A stretch of DNA of 64,000 bases from positions 124,001 to 188,000 of the forward strand of contig NIVC01001182.1 of NCBI GenBank assembly GCA_002269645.1, given 5' to 3'. Below are positions 44,119 to 56,857 of this stretch, piece after piece (positions within the stretch are counted from its first letter, which is position 1; each line of letters opens with the position of its first letter). Origin of the DNA: Macrostomum lignano (Eukaryota). The position numbers were made by a program, and so were the translations under genes. The notes beneath the pieces are model-generated. The model saw only the letters and a list, made by a program, of their open reading frames with translations, did not search any database and was not told where the DNA came from.

Positions 44119-44220
44119 ATTTCCATTTATATATTTTTGAATAAGAGCAGATGACTCATTAGTTGTTAATAAATAATCTGACATCTGAGCGTTTCTTTGA
44201 CTTTTTTAAAAGCCTCTCAT

Positions 44221-45304
44221 TCATGGCTTCGAGAGACCGCCGTAGAGGCCGAGAAATCGAACGCCATCGTTGCTGCTATTATTAAACAGGCTGATGAAGC
44301 TAGTCGGGATGCTGAACGACGAAAATAGCCAACATTCAAGGACAGCGGACGTAGTTCTCGTCAGAGCGTACAGGCAGTACGGATGGCTAGAGCACAGGAG
44401 CATGCATTCCAGCTGAGATCTGACCCGATGTGGAGCAGAGGCTGTCAGCAGGCCAGCAGTGGATGAGGCAGAGAAGCTCGCCTGCGTCTCGGTGACGACC
44501 AACTTAGACGAATCTTTGGTGACTGTTTTGAAAAAAAGTGATTATCAATTAGCAGCAATACCTTCTTTGTCAATTAGTTTTGAACAAGGCCAACACTCAC
44601 AAGCGTAGATGTCAATCTCGCAGAAGTGAAACCCAGTCAGTAAATCGGGCACGCCAGTTAGGTTCTTGTACACGGCCAGGTACCTGCCGGAAGTTGGTCG
44701 GGCGCAGGTGAACTTCAGAGGATTGTCCGCGACTGTAGGCACGTCAGTCCTGAAGTGGCACGGGTCGAGCAGGTCGATGCTGAAGTCTGTCCACACCGTC
44801 AGATCGGAAGTGATTCCTGTGTAATGATTTGTTACGTTGGTAGCTTCACAGTTAAATGACTTAAAGGAATCCTGTTATCTTATAAATCAGCTACATCAGG
44901 TCACTTACCAACGCCACTGTGCGTAAATCTCTGCGCGCAGTCGTTATCCAATCTATTCCAAATGTTAACCCCACTGATGAGATAAGTCTGGCCCATGTCC
45001 AGCAGCCACCAAGGTCCCGGATCATCACCGCTAGCGTGAGTGCAGGTGACACCAGATACGTAGGTACCACTGCGATCACCGTTGTTCACTAGATTTGGAT
45101 TGTCTTCCGTCTGGTATTTCGTCGACTGCTTTGCGGTCAGATTTTTTGGTACCATGAAGAAATTGCGACAGTCTGAATTAAAAGTAGAAACATTGAACTT
45201 TCCGTAGTGATGCAATTATACAATAAAATGGGCATTTTTTGCGGAGACAAACCTGTAATGATCGGCAGACACATAGCCAAGAGAATCAACCCAATAATGT
45301 TCAT
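44221..45304 (-). CDS. Secreted F-type lectin (fucolectin-like) + PAN/apple protein A, 277 aa. Exons: 45304-45253, 45172-44909, 44816-44601, 44522-44221
   Basis: Signal peptide; CTH...PWWLLDM...WNRLDNDCAQR; GRYLAV, FCEIDIY; C-terminal ECMLLCSSHPYC...CWLF. All introns are phase 1. Confidence 0.88.
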
Positions 45305-45929
45305 GATGACGCTTGTTTTCGAGACGAATTGGCTTGAGTTGCAGCTTCTACGGAAATCGTTAATTCTTTTAAAATACAGAAAGCCGTTTATATGTGTCTG
45401 AGCATGCTGACTAAGTCCTGCCTACAGAATTGGAAGGATTTCATTGGCTAGGCAAAAATTAAAACCTGTAAAAGTTAAACTCTTCTCAACCGTCGCAATC
45501 TTCTGAGGTTTAACAAATACAACTGTTAGTTCTGGATTCGATTTGATATCCGAACCGCTAGTAGCACTCAGAAGTTCCGAATCCTGAATCAATCAAGAAC
45601 CCTAGCTATTGACAACACTTTTTTTTCGCGTGAGATCCAAAATTTCCCCACAGAATCTCCAGATAAGATCTTAACAACTGACCCAGTCGCAACAGCCTAC
45701 CAAAGATTTTGCCTTTATAAGTAGTCTATCCCGAGAGCCGAAGACGCGAGGTATTTAAGTGGAATATCGAAATTATGGCATACCTATTTAAAGCTATTTA
45801 AAACCACAGATTTTGCGAAAGTTACCTGGATAATTCCCGGAATCCATTTCAACTTGACTTTACTGGACGTAAAAAGACGGAGTTGTTGGGAGGAGCCTTA
45901 CAGTTTTAGTCATATAAAATTGAGTATTT

Positions 45930-46240
45930 GATTGAGAAAATGAAAAATACAAGAGCTAGGCCACAAATTTCAAGGTGAGCAAAACCAAAAGTGGTTTGAC
46001 ACTTCGAATTAACTGACCCAAAAAGATGTCATGTCAGGCTATATGAAAATTTCCGGGGTAAACGTCCGGCTGGTGCGAAGCGCTTGTACCTGCAGCCGAG
46101 CACCAAACCCGGCGATCAATGGTTCTATCGTCCCATTGGAAAGAAAACTTTCTCGAAATTTATGAGTAAAATCCTGTATTAATAGAGGCCAGCATACGCA
46201 AACGCGTCACTAACCACAGCCAGTCTCGGTCTCACTGCGC
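45930..46240 (+). pseudogene. Crypton-like tyrosine recombinase fragment
   Basis: DPKRCHVRLYENFRGKRPAGAKRLYLQP...WFYRPIGKKTFSKFMSK, then after a stop and frameshift RVTNHS. Confidence 0.6.
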
Positions 46241-47022
46241 TGAGCGGGTACAAGCGGACTTCCGAAGTCCAAATTGCACATTCCAGTGAAATTATCGACG
46301 GAAAGTAACTTGGGAACATCGCAGATGGTGCAGGCCAGGTTACTCTTGCCAACTGTTTCCATATATCCCTCGTGACTTTGCAACTTCATAAATTCCAAGA
46401 AAATGGACTTGAAAGTGGTTTAATAAAGCATATAAATGAACTTCTGTTTGGGCTAATATCCCCAAATGAACCTTTCTCTCTCCATGAAGTTAATAACTGT
46501 TACAGTCAGTCAATCACAGTGCCATTTCAATCCTTATACTCGTAACAATGTTTTTGGTTTGCCTTGCAAACTTTTTTTAAACACAATCATCATCACTGAA
46601 GCACCTAAATTCAACAATTTAGTGGTACGAGGGCCTGATTTGTTCAAACTTTACCAATGCATCATCCTAATCAATGCAAGTCGCTACGAGGGTAAACTGT
46701 TAAATATTCTAGGGCCTACCGAGAGAGCGCCCATCCACCTCCTGGACTCTCCGGATGGGGACTGTGCTGCGGACACCGGCTTACGACGTACTCTTGCTGT
46801 CTCTGTTGACGTATTTTTATATATTCGTTTAATTGGATAAATTTTCATCCAATGAAACCGTAGCGATTCTCAACATTTTTTCTCCAACCAGACGAGTCTG
46901 CAGATTAGCTTGGAGAATTAAAAAGGAATAACTGCCTCGAAAAATGTCCTCGCCATTCTCGCTCAGCCAGCTGCATAGGCCCTTTTTGACTCACAGAATT
47001 GTTTTTGAATTGTTTAAAAATA

Positions 47023-50000
47023 ATGAACTTCAAATTTCGTTTTACTTTGGCGGATATCACCTTAATTCTACTGTTTCTAACCGGTAGTCTGGGTGAGTAA
47101 GAATTCACTAGATTATGACATTACCTGCCTAAAGAGGTCAATATAAAGTGTGCTTTATGGGCGGCTATAGGCCGCGTACAAAGTGTGTTATGGGGTGGCG
47201 AGGTTACGTCAGCGTTGGGGGGGGGGTTGTCGCGTGGCGGCTAGCTATTTTAAACCCACAACTTGTGCTCTGCTTGCGGTGTTGCCCACTCTGCTCAATT
47301 TTTGCGCGATGGCTAAGCCTTGCCAAACTAGCCAAGCTAGCCTTGCCCGAGAATTGAAAGCTCAACTCTCCGTGGCTGGCCAGCCAACTACTGGTAACAA
47401 ACGAACTTGGTTAGCGCGCCTGAAATGTTTACAAAGCAAAGACCCTGAACAAGACGACTCAACCAGCAGACGAGAGGAATCAACTGACAGCGCTCGACAA
47501 CGGGTCAGGACCTGCGCGATGAGATCGAAGCGACCGAGGAACGCATCAGGCTACTGAGGCTCCAAAAGGAGGAAGCGGAGTTGGCAGTCGAGCTCAGCGC
47601 AAGACGCCATGGCACTAAGACGGATGGTAAGCCGGCTTTTTCTGCTAGCTGGGCGCAGCTCATTCAGCCCTTGAGAATATTCCCCTCCTGGCGCAAGATG
47701 CTGACCCCACCAAGAGAAGGCCACTTCTGATTCCTGACTTCGTCGAAGACTCCGGAAATGTTAGCACTGGCTAACATTCAAGACATTCAACATTCAGTGA
47801 ACGAGAGGGGCTGTCTCATAAAACTTCGAGACTTGTAAAACTGCTTCTGCTGCGCCTGCAAAGTTTATTGACATTCAATTTTCAATTGTGAACTGCAAAT
47901 GGATGTGCATTCAAAGACTGGGCAGCGACATGCCATCTTTACACTTTGGAGCTCCGGAACCAAATCGGCTGACATCCACAGGCAACTTTGCACAGCTCAT
48001 GGCGACCATGCTGTCAGCAGGATGACAAGTCTGCCAACCAATGAATGATTTTAATGTTGTTCGCTTGTGTGATAATTTGCTTGTTATCTGTTTCACCTGC
48101 TTCTGTACTGTACTGTACTGTTGTGTTTTTTGTTTTTTCTGGAGTAATTACGCTCGTGATAAAAGTTTTCTGTTGACATTTTTGAGGTTCTGTAAGTCTA
48201 TGACTGACCTTTCTCTACTTAATCGTCCATATCTCTTGAAGCACAGATCCAAATCTCTTGCAATTAATGTCATTTTAAAGAAGAGACTTGCCGCTTTCAA
48301 ATGACACCAAGCACATGCAAGTGTGACTGTCCATACGTCCACACCAAGCAAAAGTAACACTACTTTCCGGACGCCCCTCGTATCAAACAGAAGCCGCTGG
48401 AGCAGATTAGCATCGGCGAGTGGACAAGTGCGAATGCGAGAATTCTCCAGTCGCTGATTGAATCTGGCGAGATGATTGACTGGGAAGCGCGCGCTGCTCC
48501 AAGGCTGCATGAGTACCCTGCCTACAACCGCCTGTGAGGCGAGCTGCTGAATAGTGGCTTTGACGTCAGTAATGTCCTGCTCTATCATGACAGCTTCCGA
48601 CTGGGACAACGAGTCTTTCCAGTTGCTCTCACCACACCTGCTTGCTCCAAATCGACTCAACGCCATAGACAGCAGCTTGCAACGTAGGAAGCAGCCAGTC
48701 AGAATAGGAGGAATCGCCAAATCTGTCTGCTCTTCAACCGCGACACTGGCTGTATGTTCGGTGAGGAATGCAAATTTCAGCATATTTGCGTCATCTGCAG
48801 AAGGGACCATCCGGGTCATCTGCACGCTTCAGCGTCAAAAAAACTAGATGACCGACTACCCGCCATTGTAAATAGTTCATCAATCCGCGATTTTATTCCT
48901 GAAAATTTTCCTACATCCAGTTGTGGTGACATGCCGTTTTCTGAATGGTCGAAGTATCTTAATAAAGACAGAGATGCCGAGTTTCTCTTAAATGAAATTA
49001 GTGCCGGGTTTATGATCACTGATGATACCAAATTCTGTGAAAGCTTTAAGCCTAACTACAACTCTGCGCTCGCGTGCCAAGAGCTCGTTGATAAGCAAAT
49101 TATAGAAGAGCTAAGAACAGGCCGTTATGTAAGTCTTCCACAAAGCCTACGAAGGTCAGCCCGCTAGCAGCGATCGTGGATCCCTAAGGACAGCTCATCA
49201 ATCCGGCTGATCCACGACGCCAGCGCTCTGTATGGAAATTCTATTAACAGTCACTACCATCAGCAGAATCGCATTCGCTTTCAGTTTATCGATGGAGTTT
49301 ATCGTCTGCTCCGTCTTGGCTGCTTTGTGGCTAAAGTCGACATCAAGCATGCCTGCCGCTCCGTTGGCATTCACCCTGCTTGCTACCCGGCGGCCGGTCT
49401 GTAATGGAAATTCAAAGGGGCCGACTCACCTTGCTACCTGGTTGACACCCGGCTGATGTTTGGCGCCGCTGCCTCCGTGTCCATCTTTCATAGAATCTCG
49501 CAGGCTATTGTCCGGATTATGCAGCGGTCTGGCTTTAGCAATGTCGTTGGATATTTGGACGACTTTGGCCTTGCCTTTGACAGCAGAGCCAAGTGTGAAG
49601 AGGCCTATGGGTTCTTAAGTGGGCTTCTCCAACGTCTTGGGTTCGACATCAACTGAGAGAAGAGCAGCGCCCCAGTCCAGACCGTCACCTACCTCGGTGT
49701 GAAAATCGACATGAGTTCTTTTTTCTTTGCCTGCCTGATGATAAGATCGATCTGACTGTCAACCTCGTCCAGCAGATGAAGCTGAAGTCGAGGTTAACTA
49801 AGCGGGAGCTTCAGAAGCTGTGTGGAAATATTAACTGGTGGTGCCAGGTCGCTCCACCCCTGGGTAGAAGTTTCTTGCGCAACCTTTTTACCAGAGTCAA
49901 CTCTCTAGCCCATCCTAGGCACTGCATCCGCATGGATGAGTCGCTGCGTGGCGAGCTGGAGTGGTGGTCCTTGGCTATCCGCAAGCTGAATGGCCGCGAG

Positions 50001-52866
50001 CTCTGGCCCAAGAATCTCAACGAGTGGATGCTGGAGAGTGACTCCTCTGAGAAGGCGGGCGGCTGCATCGTCTGCAGCCACTAATTTTGTGCCTGGATCT
50101 TCATCGACTAGGAGGACTTCAATGGCCAGTTTGCCAAGTACCTGATCAACTACAAAGAAGCTCTCGTGCCGCTTCTCACTCTGATGGTGCTCCGCCCGCT
50201 GCTGAGTCAGTGCAAAGTTTTATGCTACGTTGACAATAATCCAGCTGTCTGCATTCTCAACAAGGCTGCTTCTAAAGACTCTGAGCTGCTGCGTTTGCTT
50301 CAGACTGTCGGTCTCTTCTGTTTCGCTAACAAAGTTGCGTTAAACTTCTTTCATGTGCCGGGCTGGTTTCAGACTTATGCTGACCCTATTTTGCGACTTT
50401 ACTCTAGAAGTGGCCTCATTAACTTTTGCATGCGTTTTTATGGCACTGTGCAAGTGTGCCCGCTTGAATTTGCTTCCTACACGCTGGCCTCTGCTACCTC
50501 CCATTTTCTGCTTTCACAAGTCCTGGCCCTGCGGTGTGGCGGCTTCGGGAGCGGGCGGCTCGTCTGATCGAGTTGTCTCTAGCGGAGTCGACACGGCTGA
50601 CCTACGAGTCTGTTTGGCGATTCTGGTGTCGCTTCTGTCAAGGGCTAAATGAACAACCTGAGCAGCCCACGGTGGAGCTTTTCGTACTCTAGATGTCCGA
50701 CATCTCTCTTCGCCTGCTTCGACGAAATTGCGCGAGCTTCAATTCTGCCACTCATCCTAAAAGGAATTAGACGTGACCTAAGCAAGTCGTGGACCCCAGC
50801 CACTAAGCAGCCGCTCAGGCCGGAGAATTTGATGCACATTCGACAGCAGCTGCTGCTGTCAGATCCGGCAGATGCTGCTCTGTGGGCTCTCGTGCTCACG
50901 GGCTGGTTCAGCATGCTCCGCCTCGATAATCTGTGCAACCGCAAGAAATCGGGTGACTCGGCGAGCACGATCAGGATCTCTGATGTCAAGTTCAGCCGCG
51001 CTGGTGTTACCATCTATGTCGCTCATTCACACCACCCAGCTCCCGGTCATGGGTCCGAGCTCAGCAGCTGCTCTTAAGTTGTGTCTTGTGGCTGCGCTCC
51101 GACATCACTGGCAGCTGAATCGCCTTTCTGATGCGTCTCAGAGTCTCCATATTCTTAGTTTCGTCAGCACCGCGATCCTGCCGGCCTCTGACTCAGCGGG
51201 GGGTCCGCCACCGCCTGCATCGTCTGTCTTGCAAGACCGGGCTGGAAGCTTCTAGCTTCTCGGCGCATTCGCTCCGGCGTGGTGGAGCGACTTTTGCTTT
51301 TAATGCGGGGCTGAGTGTGGACCGCATCAAACTGTTGTGAGATTGGCGCAGCTCGGTGGTTTCTCAGTGAAGTGAATCCGGTGATTCAGCACTAGTTCAT
51401 CACAAAAATGACAGGCCGTTCTATTGAGGCACAACTTAAAGTGCAAATTGGGATAGCTGTAAATCAAAGAAAGCCCTAAAAGGGTCCTAAATAAAATGGG
51501 TGACGAGATAAGAACGCTTAACAAGGGGAGAGGCAATAAAACCATAGACAACGTTTTGGTTGCAACGCTTACATCACATCACGCGGTACATCTCTGATGG
51601 CAGTGCCGGTAACCTAGCAGCCCGTCAATCTATGTCTGCTTGCCTTGGCTCCTACTGTTCATCTTTTGACTCCTCTCTCCTCTGACTCGCCTGCTTTTTG
51701 GAGTTTGGGGTTGCTCCCCTGCTCGTTGCTTTGTGCTTGCTGTCCTCCACATTCTGCTTTCTGTCTTCGTTATTCGCCTAACCCTTAAAGAATTCATTTT
51801 TCCTTCTCATTCAGCCACTCGAACAGTTTTCGTTCCGAAACACAATACGGCAAAGATGTCTTCGAAGCTCAACTCAGCGGACAACCCGGATCATGGAAAC
51901 GATGGTAACACCAATCCCGAGCTCATTCTTAATGCTCAATGCTTTCATACGCATCCATCCGATCCGCTACCCTGGTGGATGGTGGACATGCAGCAGGTCT
52001 ACCTTGTCTCCGGTACCGTGCTGTGGAATCGAATAAGCAGCATTGACAGTGTCACAAATCGAGCTACAAAACTGAGTGTTGGTGAGTGTCTTGGTTTCGT
52101 TGCTAGCAAAATATTCTCTGTTTAAATTGTCGAGTGAACTACTCTTGAAATTTTTCTCAGTTGCTACGTCAGTGGCATCCGTCTGGACAAGCTTCAACAA
52201 GGACCTGTTCGACCTGTGCGCCTACTATGGCGGCACTCCCACTGTCGATGGCAACCCGATCAACCTCACCTGCGTGAAGCCTGTCGCTGGCAGGTACTTC
52301 GCCATCTACAAGAACGTCTCTGGACTCTCGGATGCATCTTTTCACTTGTGCGAGATCGACATTCTAGCTGGTGAGTTCAATCTAAGCTGACGATTTCTGC
52401 GAGTCTACTTTGAATCTCCTATCGTTAAAAGTACTTTGTACCAGATCCTAATACTTCTACATTAGAGCAGTCACTGCCGCACAAAAGTTAGCGCTACCTG
52501 ACGCACCCAAAGTCACTGCGCGAACATCACAAAGCGCAACTTTGCCTGTTCGAGAAGCCGCTGGATTCAATGTCTCCGATCTTCTTTTCAGTCATGCCTG
52601 AAAGCGCCAACATCGCTTTCCACATGCAGGAGACGCAGCCCAGCTTCGTTCCACCACTGGCCACTCGACCGTACAGCTCTGCTGTGAAAGCCAGGAGCAA
52701 CACCGAGTGCGCTCTGGACTGCCGCGACAACCCGCTGTGCCGCTATTTTCTGTTCTCTGCTGAAAGCAGCAGCTGCTCGATGTTCCAGTACTCCAGCATC
52801 CCAAGCGACTTCATCGGAATTTGGAACGAAGAGCAAAACGACTTCTGGTTTGTATTTTCAATCTGA
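47023..52866 (+). CDS. Secreted F-type lectin + PAN/apple protein B, 273 aa. Exons: 47023-47092, 51815-52081, 52161-52370, 52592-52866
   Basis: CFHTH...PWWMVDM...LWNR, GRYFAIY, LCEIDI, ECALDCRDNPLC. Exon 1 is inferred from a leader-like ORF ending at a phase-1 GTGAGT donor. Confidence 0.87.
47140..51770 (+). mobile_element. Decayed tyrosine-recombinase retrotransposon (DIRS order, Ngaro-like) inside lectin B intron 1; ends approximate
   Basis: ORF1 with CLLFNRDTGCMFGEECKFQHIC zinc finger. RT motifs RLIHDAS, AKVDIKHA, VDTRLMFG, YLDDF. RNase H motifs ESDSS, NYKEAL, VDN. YR motifs MLRLDNL, HSLRRGGAT. No methyltransferase seen; many stops. Confidence 0.9.
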
Positions 52867-55800
52867 GCGTGTCAGCAGACTTTTATAAAATAGATAACTT
52901 CGGAAACTGGATATTTGGTTCTAAATGCCAGCAAAATTACACGTTTAGCTAGGCTTGTAGGTAAAAGATGGTCAACGTGGGTTTTAATTGACTATTTATT
53001 CAGTTAGATCAAGACCTAAAGACTGTGCTTGAAAGAAATGATTTTTACCCTTTTGTAATTGTAACTATGTTAAAGTGTTTCTATATGACTTACTTCAAAA
53101 CTTCATATTGGATTACTTCTCCAATGGAAATTCGCTTGGGACAATTTTTTTCTTTCTTACAACTTTGATGCGTCGCCAATTTTAAGTTACATTAAAAAAC
53201 GAAATGTCCACTTTTTCTGGTTTACTCAAGATTTTTTGGATTCTTTGGATTTTCAGCTGCAGTTTAGTTTCTGCAGTACGCAAAATTTATGATTCATAAT
53301 TTTAATAATCAAAGTGCCTAACGGATATTTATTGAAATTTATACTCCTGTGTTTGACAAAGCCAGGATTACTCCTGTATCTGCCTACATGTACCTTTTTA
53401 TCGGAAGTGTCCATTGTTACATGGTGATATTCAGAGTCTTTATATTCCAGACGTGTACTCAATAAAGCCAAATGTTGTAGTGATTTTATGCTGTTGTGTC
53501 ACTATAGCTACCCTTATTTTTTTCGGCCTGCTCGTACGCTGTTGCGTATGATTAAATATTCTCGTACAACTCTAAAACCCGATTGTCTTCAGCTATTGCT
53601 AATTGAAAAAAATTGCCTTCAAATTGTTTTCTGATGTTTTTTGTGTTGCATACTAAAGACAAATATGATATCCAAGTGATAGAGGAATGGCCTGCCACCT
53701 CGGATAACTAGAATGTTTACGGTAACCCTCACTGCACTAGTCAGTTATGGCATGGCCACATGCACGCGGGCTTGTCTGCTCTTTGGCGCTAAGTCCCAGA
53801 ACCGACTAAGTAGAGCTCGTACTGTGATGGTTGCTGATAGTGCCTAAGATGGATTCGTTTCTTTTCGTCAATAACGAAATCAAATTAAAAGCGATCGTTG
53901 TCGTGGAGCAGTGCGGTTTCTTGCCGTGGTCAAACCGTGGTCTACGTAATTCAATGTTCATTAAAAGCCTTCTAAGCTTACTCAGTACAGTTATAGGTAC
54001 CGGTGCTTATTACATTTCTCCTCAAGTGAAGCAAACAGTCGACGACAACGGAAATCAGTTACCAATAGCAATCAACAGAGTTTTCTGGCAAATAAAACAG
54101 AAATGCATTAGCTAAAATTGATTTCAAAATAGAGAGAAGAGGCAATTAAAGTGAATTCAATTTTGACTGATAAAAAGTATTTGAAAGCGATAAGTAGATA
54201 AAGTAGTCTTTTGTTGTTGCCAATCCATTTAGAACCTGGAAATAAATTGATTTTTAACTAGCGAAAATATTGAAATCCCGGTGCGTCAATGAGGCCCTCC
54301 AGCTTCGCGCAATACAATTGTATTAAATATCTCTTCGCAATCAGATCAAACACAATTGTTTCAGATCTAACGAATACGAGTCATGCAATGGCGATGCTAA
54401 ATTTAGCTTTTTCGGACAGCAAGCTCGAGACTAACTTTTAACTCAAAATTCTCAAACTTTATGCGCCTTAATTGTTCTTTAAAAACAAATAATTTCGTTT
54501 TGCTACTCCCGGAATTATCTGCACAGTAGTATGATAGACTAACAGACCGCCTGCTGAGAATGTCGATTGCCAAAAGCCAATCGATTCGTGTACGGCTCGT
54601 ACGCTCGTACAAAGTCAGCCCGAGACACGTGCTCCTGCTTACGTACACGTGTCCGTGTTTGTGTTGTTTCTCACAGATCCGCGATCACAAGTACGAGTAA
54701 ATGTATGTGGAAAGATTATGTCAGAATTAATTTGCTACTTAATGATTTAAAATCCACTCTATGCATTAAAACTTGTATATCGTGGACAAGCCCCAAATGA
54801 ATGTGTTTGCGTATGGAATCGACCAGGGGGTTGTGGCGTGAGATTCAGGCGCGTTTGTTATTGAGCTGCCCTGCTCAGCTTCAAATGGTACTAGTACTAC
54901 TCAACCAAAAATTATGTCGGGGAAATTTCCAATCCATAATTGCAAAACAATGAAGTCTGCGAGATTAAGCATCATTTACGAGAATACTTCAAGTAGTACC
55001 TGCCCAAGGAGCCATGTGGAGGTAGAAAGTGAAGTTCACTTCCTGGTTAAGTGCAGTTGGAACTTTTATAATGCTCGCCGTGATAAATTTGAAAATTCGA
55101 ATAGGAAATCTCAAATAAAGCATCGAATTTTAAATACCTTACTGGTGAAGATGAGTCATTTTACCAAATGACTCAAGAAGATAGAGGCAGTGGAAAGTTT
55201 TAGCAATTTAAATCCATCAAAGAAATGACACAACTGCCAGAATGCAGCTGTTCTGAGCAACATGGCAAAAACATGATTCGTCAATATTCCTGCAACATTG
55301 CTGCAAAACAATTTGCAGAGCGGGTGAAGAGCGAGTTGCTAAAGAAAAATAAACGCGCGTCTTCTCGCTCTTCAGCCATTCGCCTTCTCTACCTGTCTAA
55401 AGAATTCTCTCTCATGAGACGAACACAAACCAAGCTTGACAATCCTCTTGGTAAGCCCCAGGAGTCCAGGACTAATCTTTAATCAGAATTTAAACCAGGT
55501 AACCGGATATTCGGAACTGCGTCATATCATTAGGTGCACAAAATTAACTAAGAATCGGTATGTACGCGCTCCTGAGAAATTTCAACTAGCAAAAATAAGA
55601 TCGCAGACGTCCCCCTCTTAGCTGTTCCACCATTTATTTTCCGATTCCCCTGTGCCGGATAGGCCTCGGAGGCAGATCAGACAGGTGGTGTACTAAAAAC
55701 TACATTTCCAAATTAAGTCGCTACCTGTCGGCTGACCGTCCCCATTTTTACCTGGCCGTTGACATAAAAAACGGTAGGCAATTAAAAACGCAACTAATTA

Positions 55801-56857
55801 ATCAGCATATCTACAATAATTGAGCCCAGGCCCAGGAGACCAGGGTTGCTCAGCATGAATGCCTCATAAAATATTAATACATGCAGCAGCGATGGGACCA
55901 GCAGGCTTTAATTTGCTGCAGAAGCACTATAGTAGATATACTCGTACATGTAAATTTTGCCAGGCTGTGGCATAAAATAAATTTAATCAATAATTTTTAG
56001 TATGTAGAATTGCTTGGGCGAGTAAATGAATTCATATACCAAGACGTACCATTTTTAATAAATGTATCATCTTATTTACATGCTAATCAAAATGATTGAC
56101 CGAAACTTCCCGCCGGACACTACACTGAGTGACTGGCATTAAAAAGATTTTTTGTTTAAATTGCTTAAGTCATTATTAGCAAGGGATTTAGTCAAAGAAC
56201 GGAAAATTAATTCGTTTCTAGGAAAATCTTGCAAGGCTGGCTTTTGTAATAACAATACATAAAGCGATAAGCAAACGTTTATTTTACAAAACTTCTGCTT
56301 TGTATAAAAAATATGTAGCTATCTTTTAAATTATTATTGTCTCGCAGTGTCATTTTACCAACAAATTTAATTTTTTGTAAGCTAGAATAATTAGCTAGAA
56401 AGAAAAGTGCATATCTCATTATTGTAAAAAAGCCGGACTTAAAAAAGGAAAGCTAATTAATAAAAATCGTGATATGAATTTTAAAATATTTTGTACATAA
56501 CTTTGTACATTATTTTAAATTATAAGGCTTTTTTAATTCAGCAGTTAAAGAAGCAATGAAGCAGTCACAACAAGTAAGCCGTACTCATTTTAAAAATGGA
56601 GAATTTTATCTCTTTCAAAGAAAAACCATTTTTAGTTAGTTTTGAGTATAAAATTAAAAGGTGAAGATTAACGTGGATGGCTCAGCGATAAGTAAGCAAC
56701 TACGGTATAGCCAGTCTTCAAAGATTTTCTTAAGAGACGGAACTTATCCGTTCTTTCTACAAGCCATCTTGCAGTAGCAATCGATACCTTCTCTCGGTAA
56801 TTTAACCGTACTTTAAACTGCTGACTGGGTAAAAATTTGGCATTCAAAAATGACGAC

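Noticed and set aside
53250-55150. Faint LINE-like peptide echoes (PITVLSKL, HCSTTT, ESEVHFLVKC)
   Set aside because: Too degraded, on mixed strands and with wrong spacing; not supportable without a search
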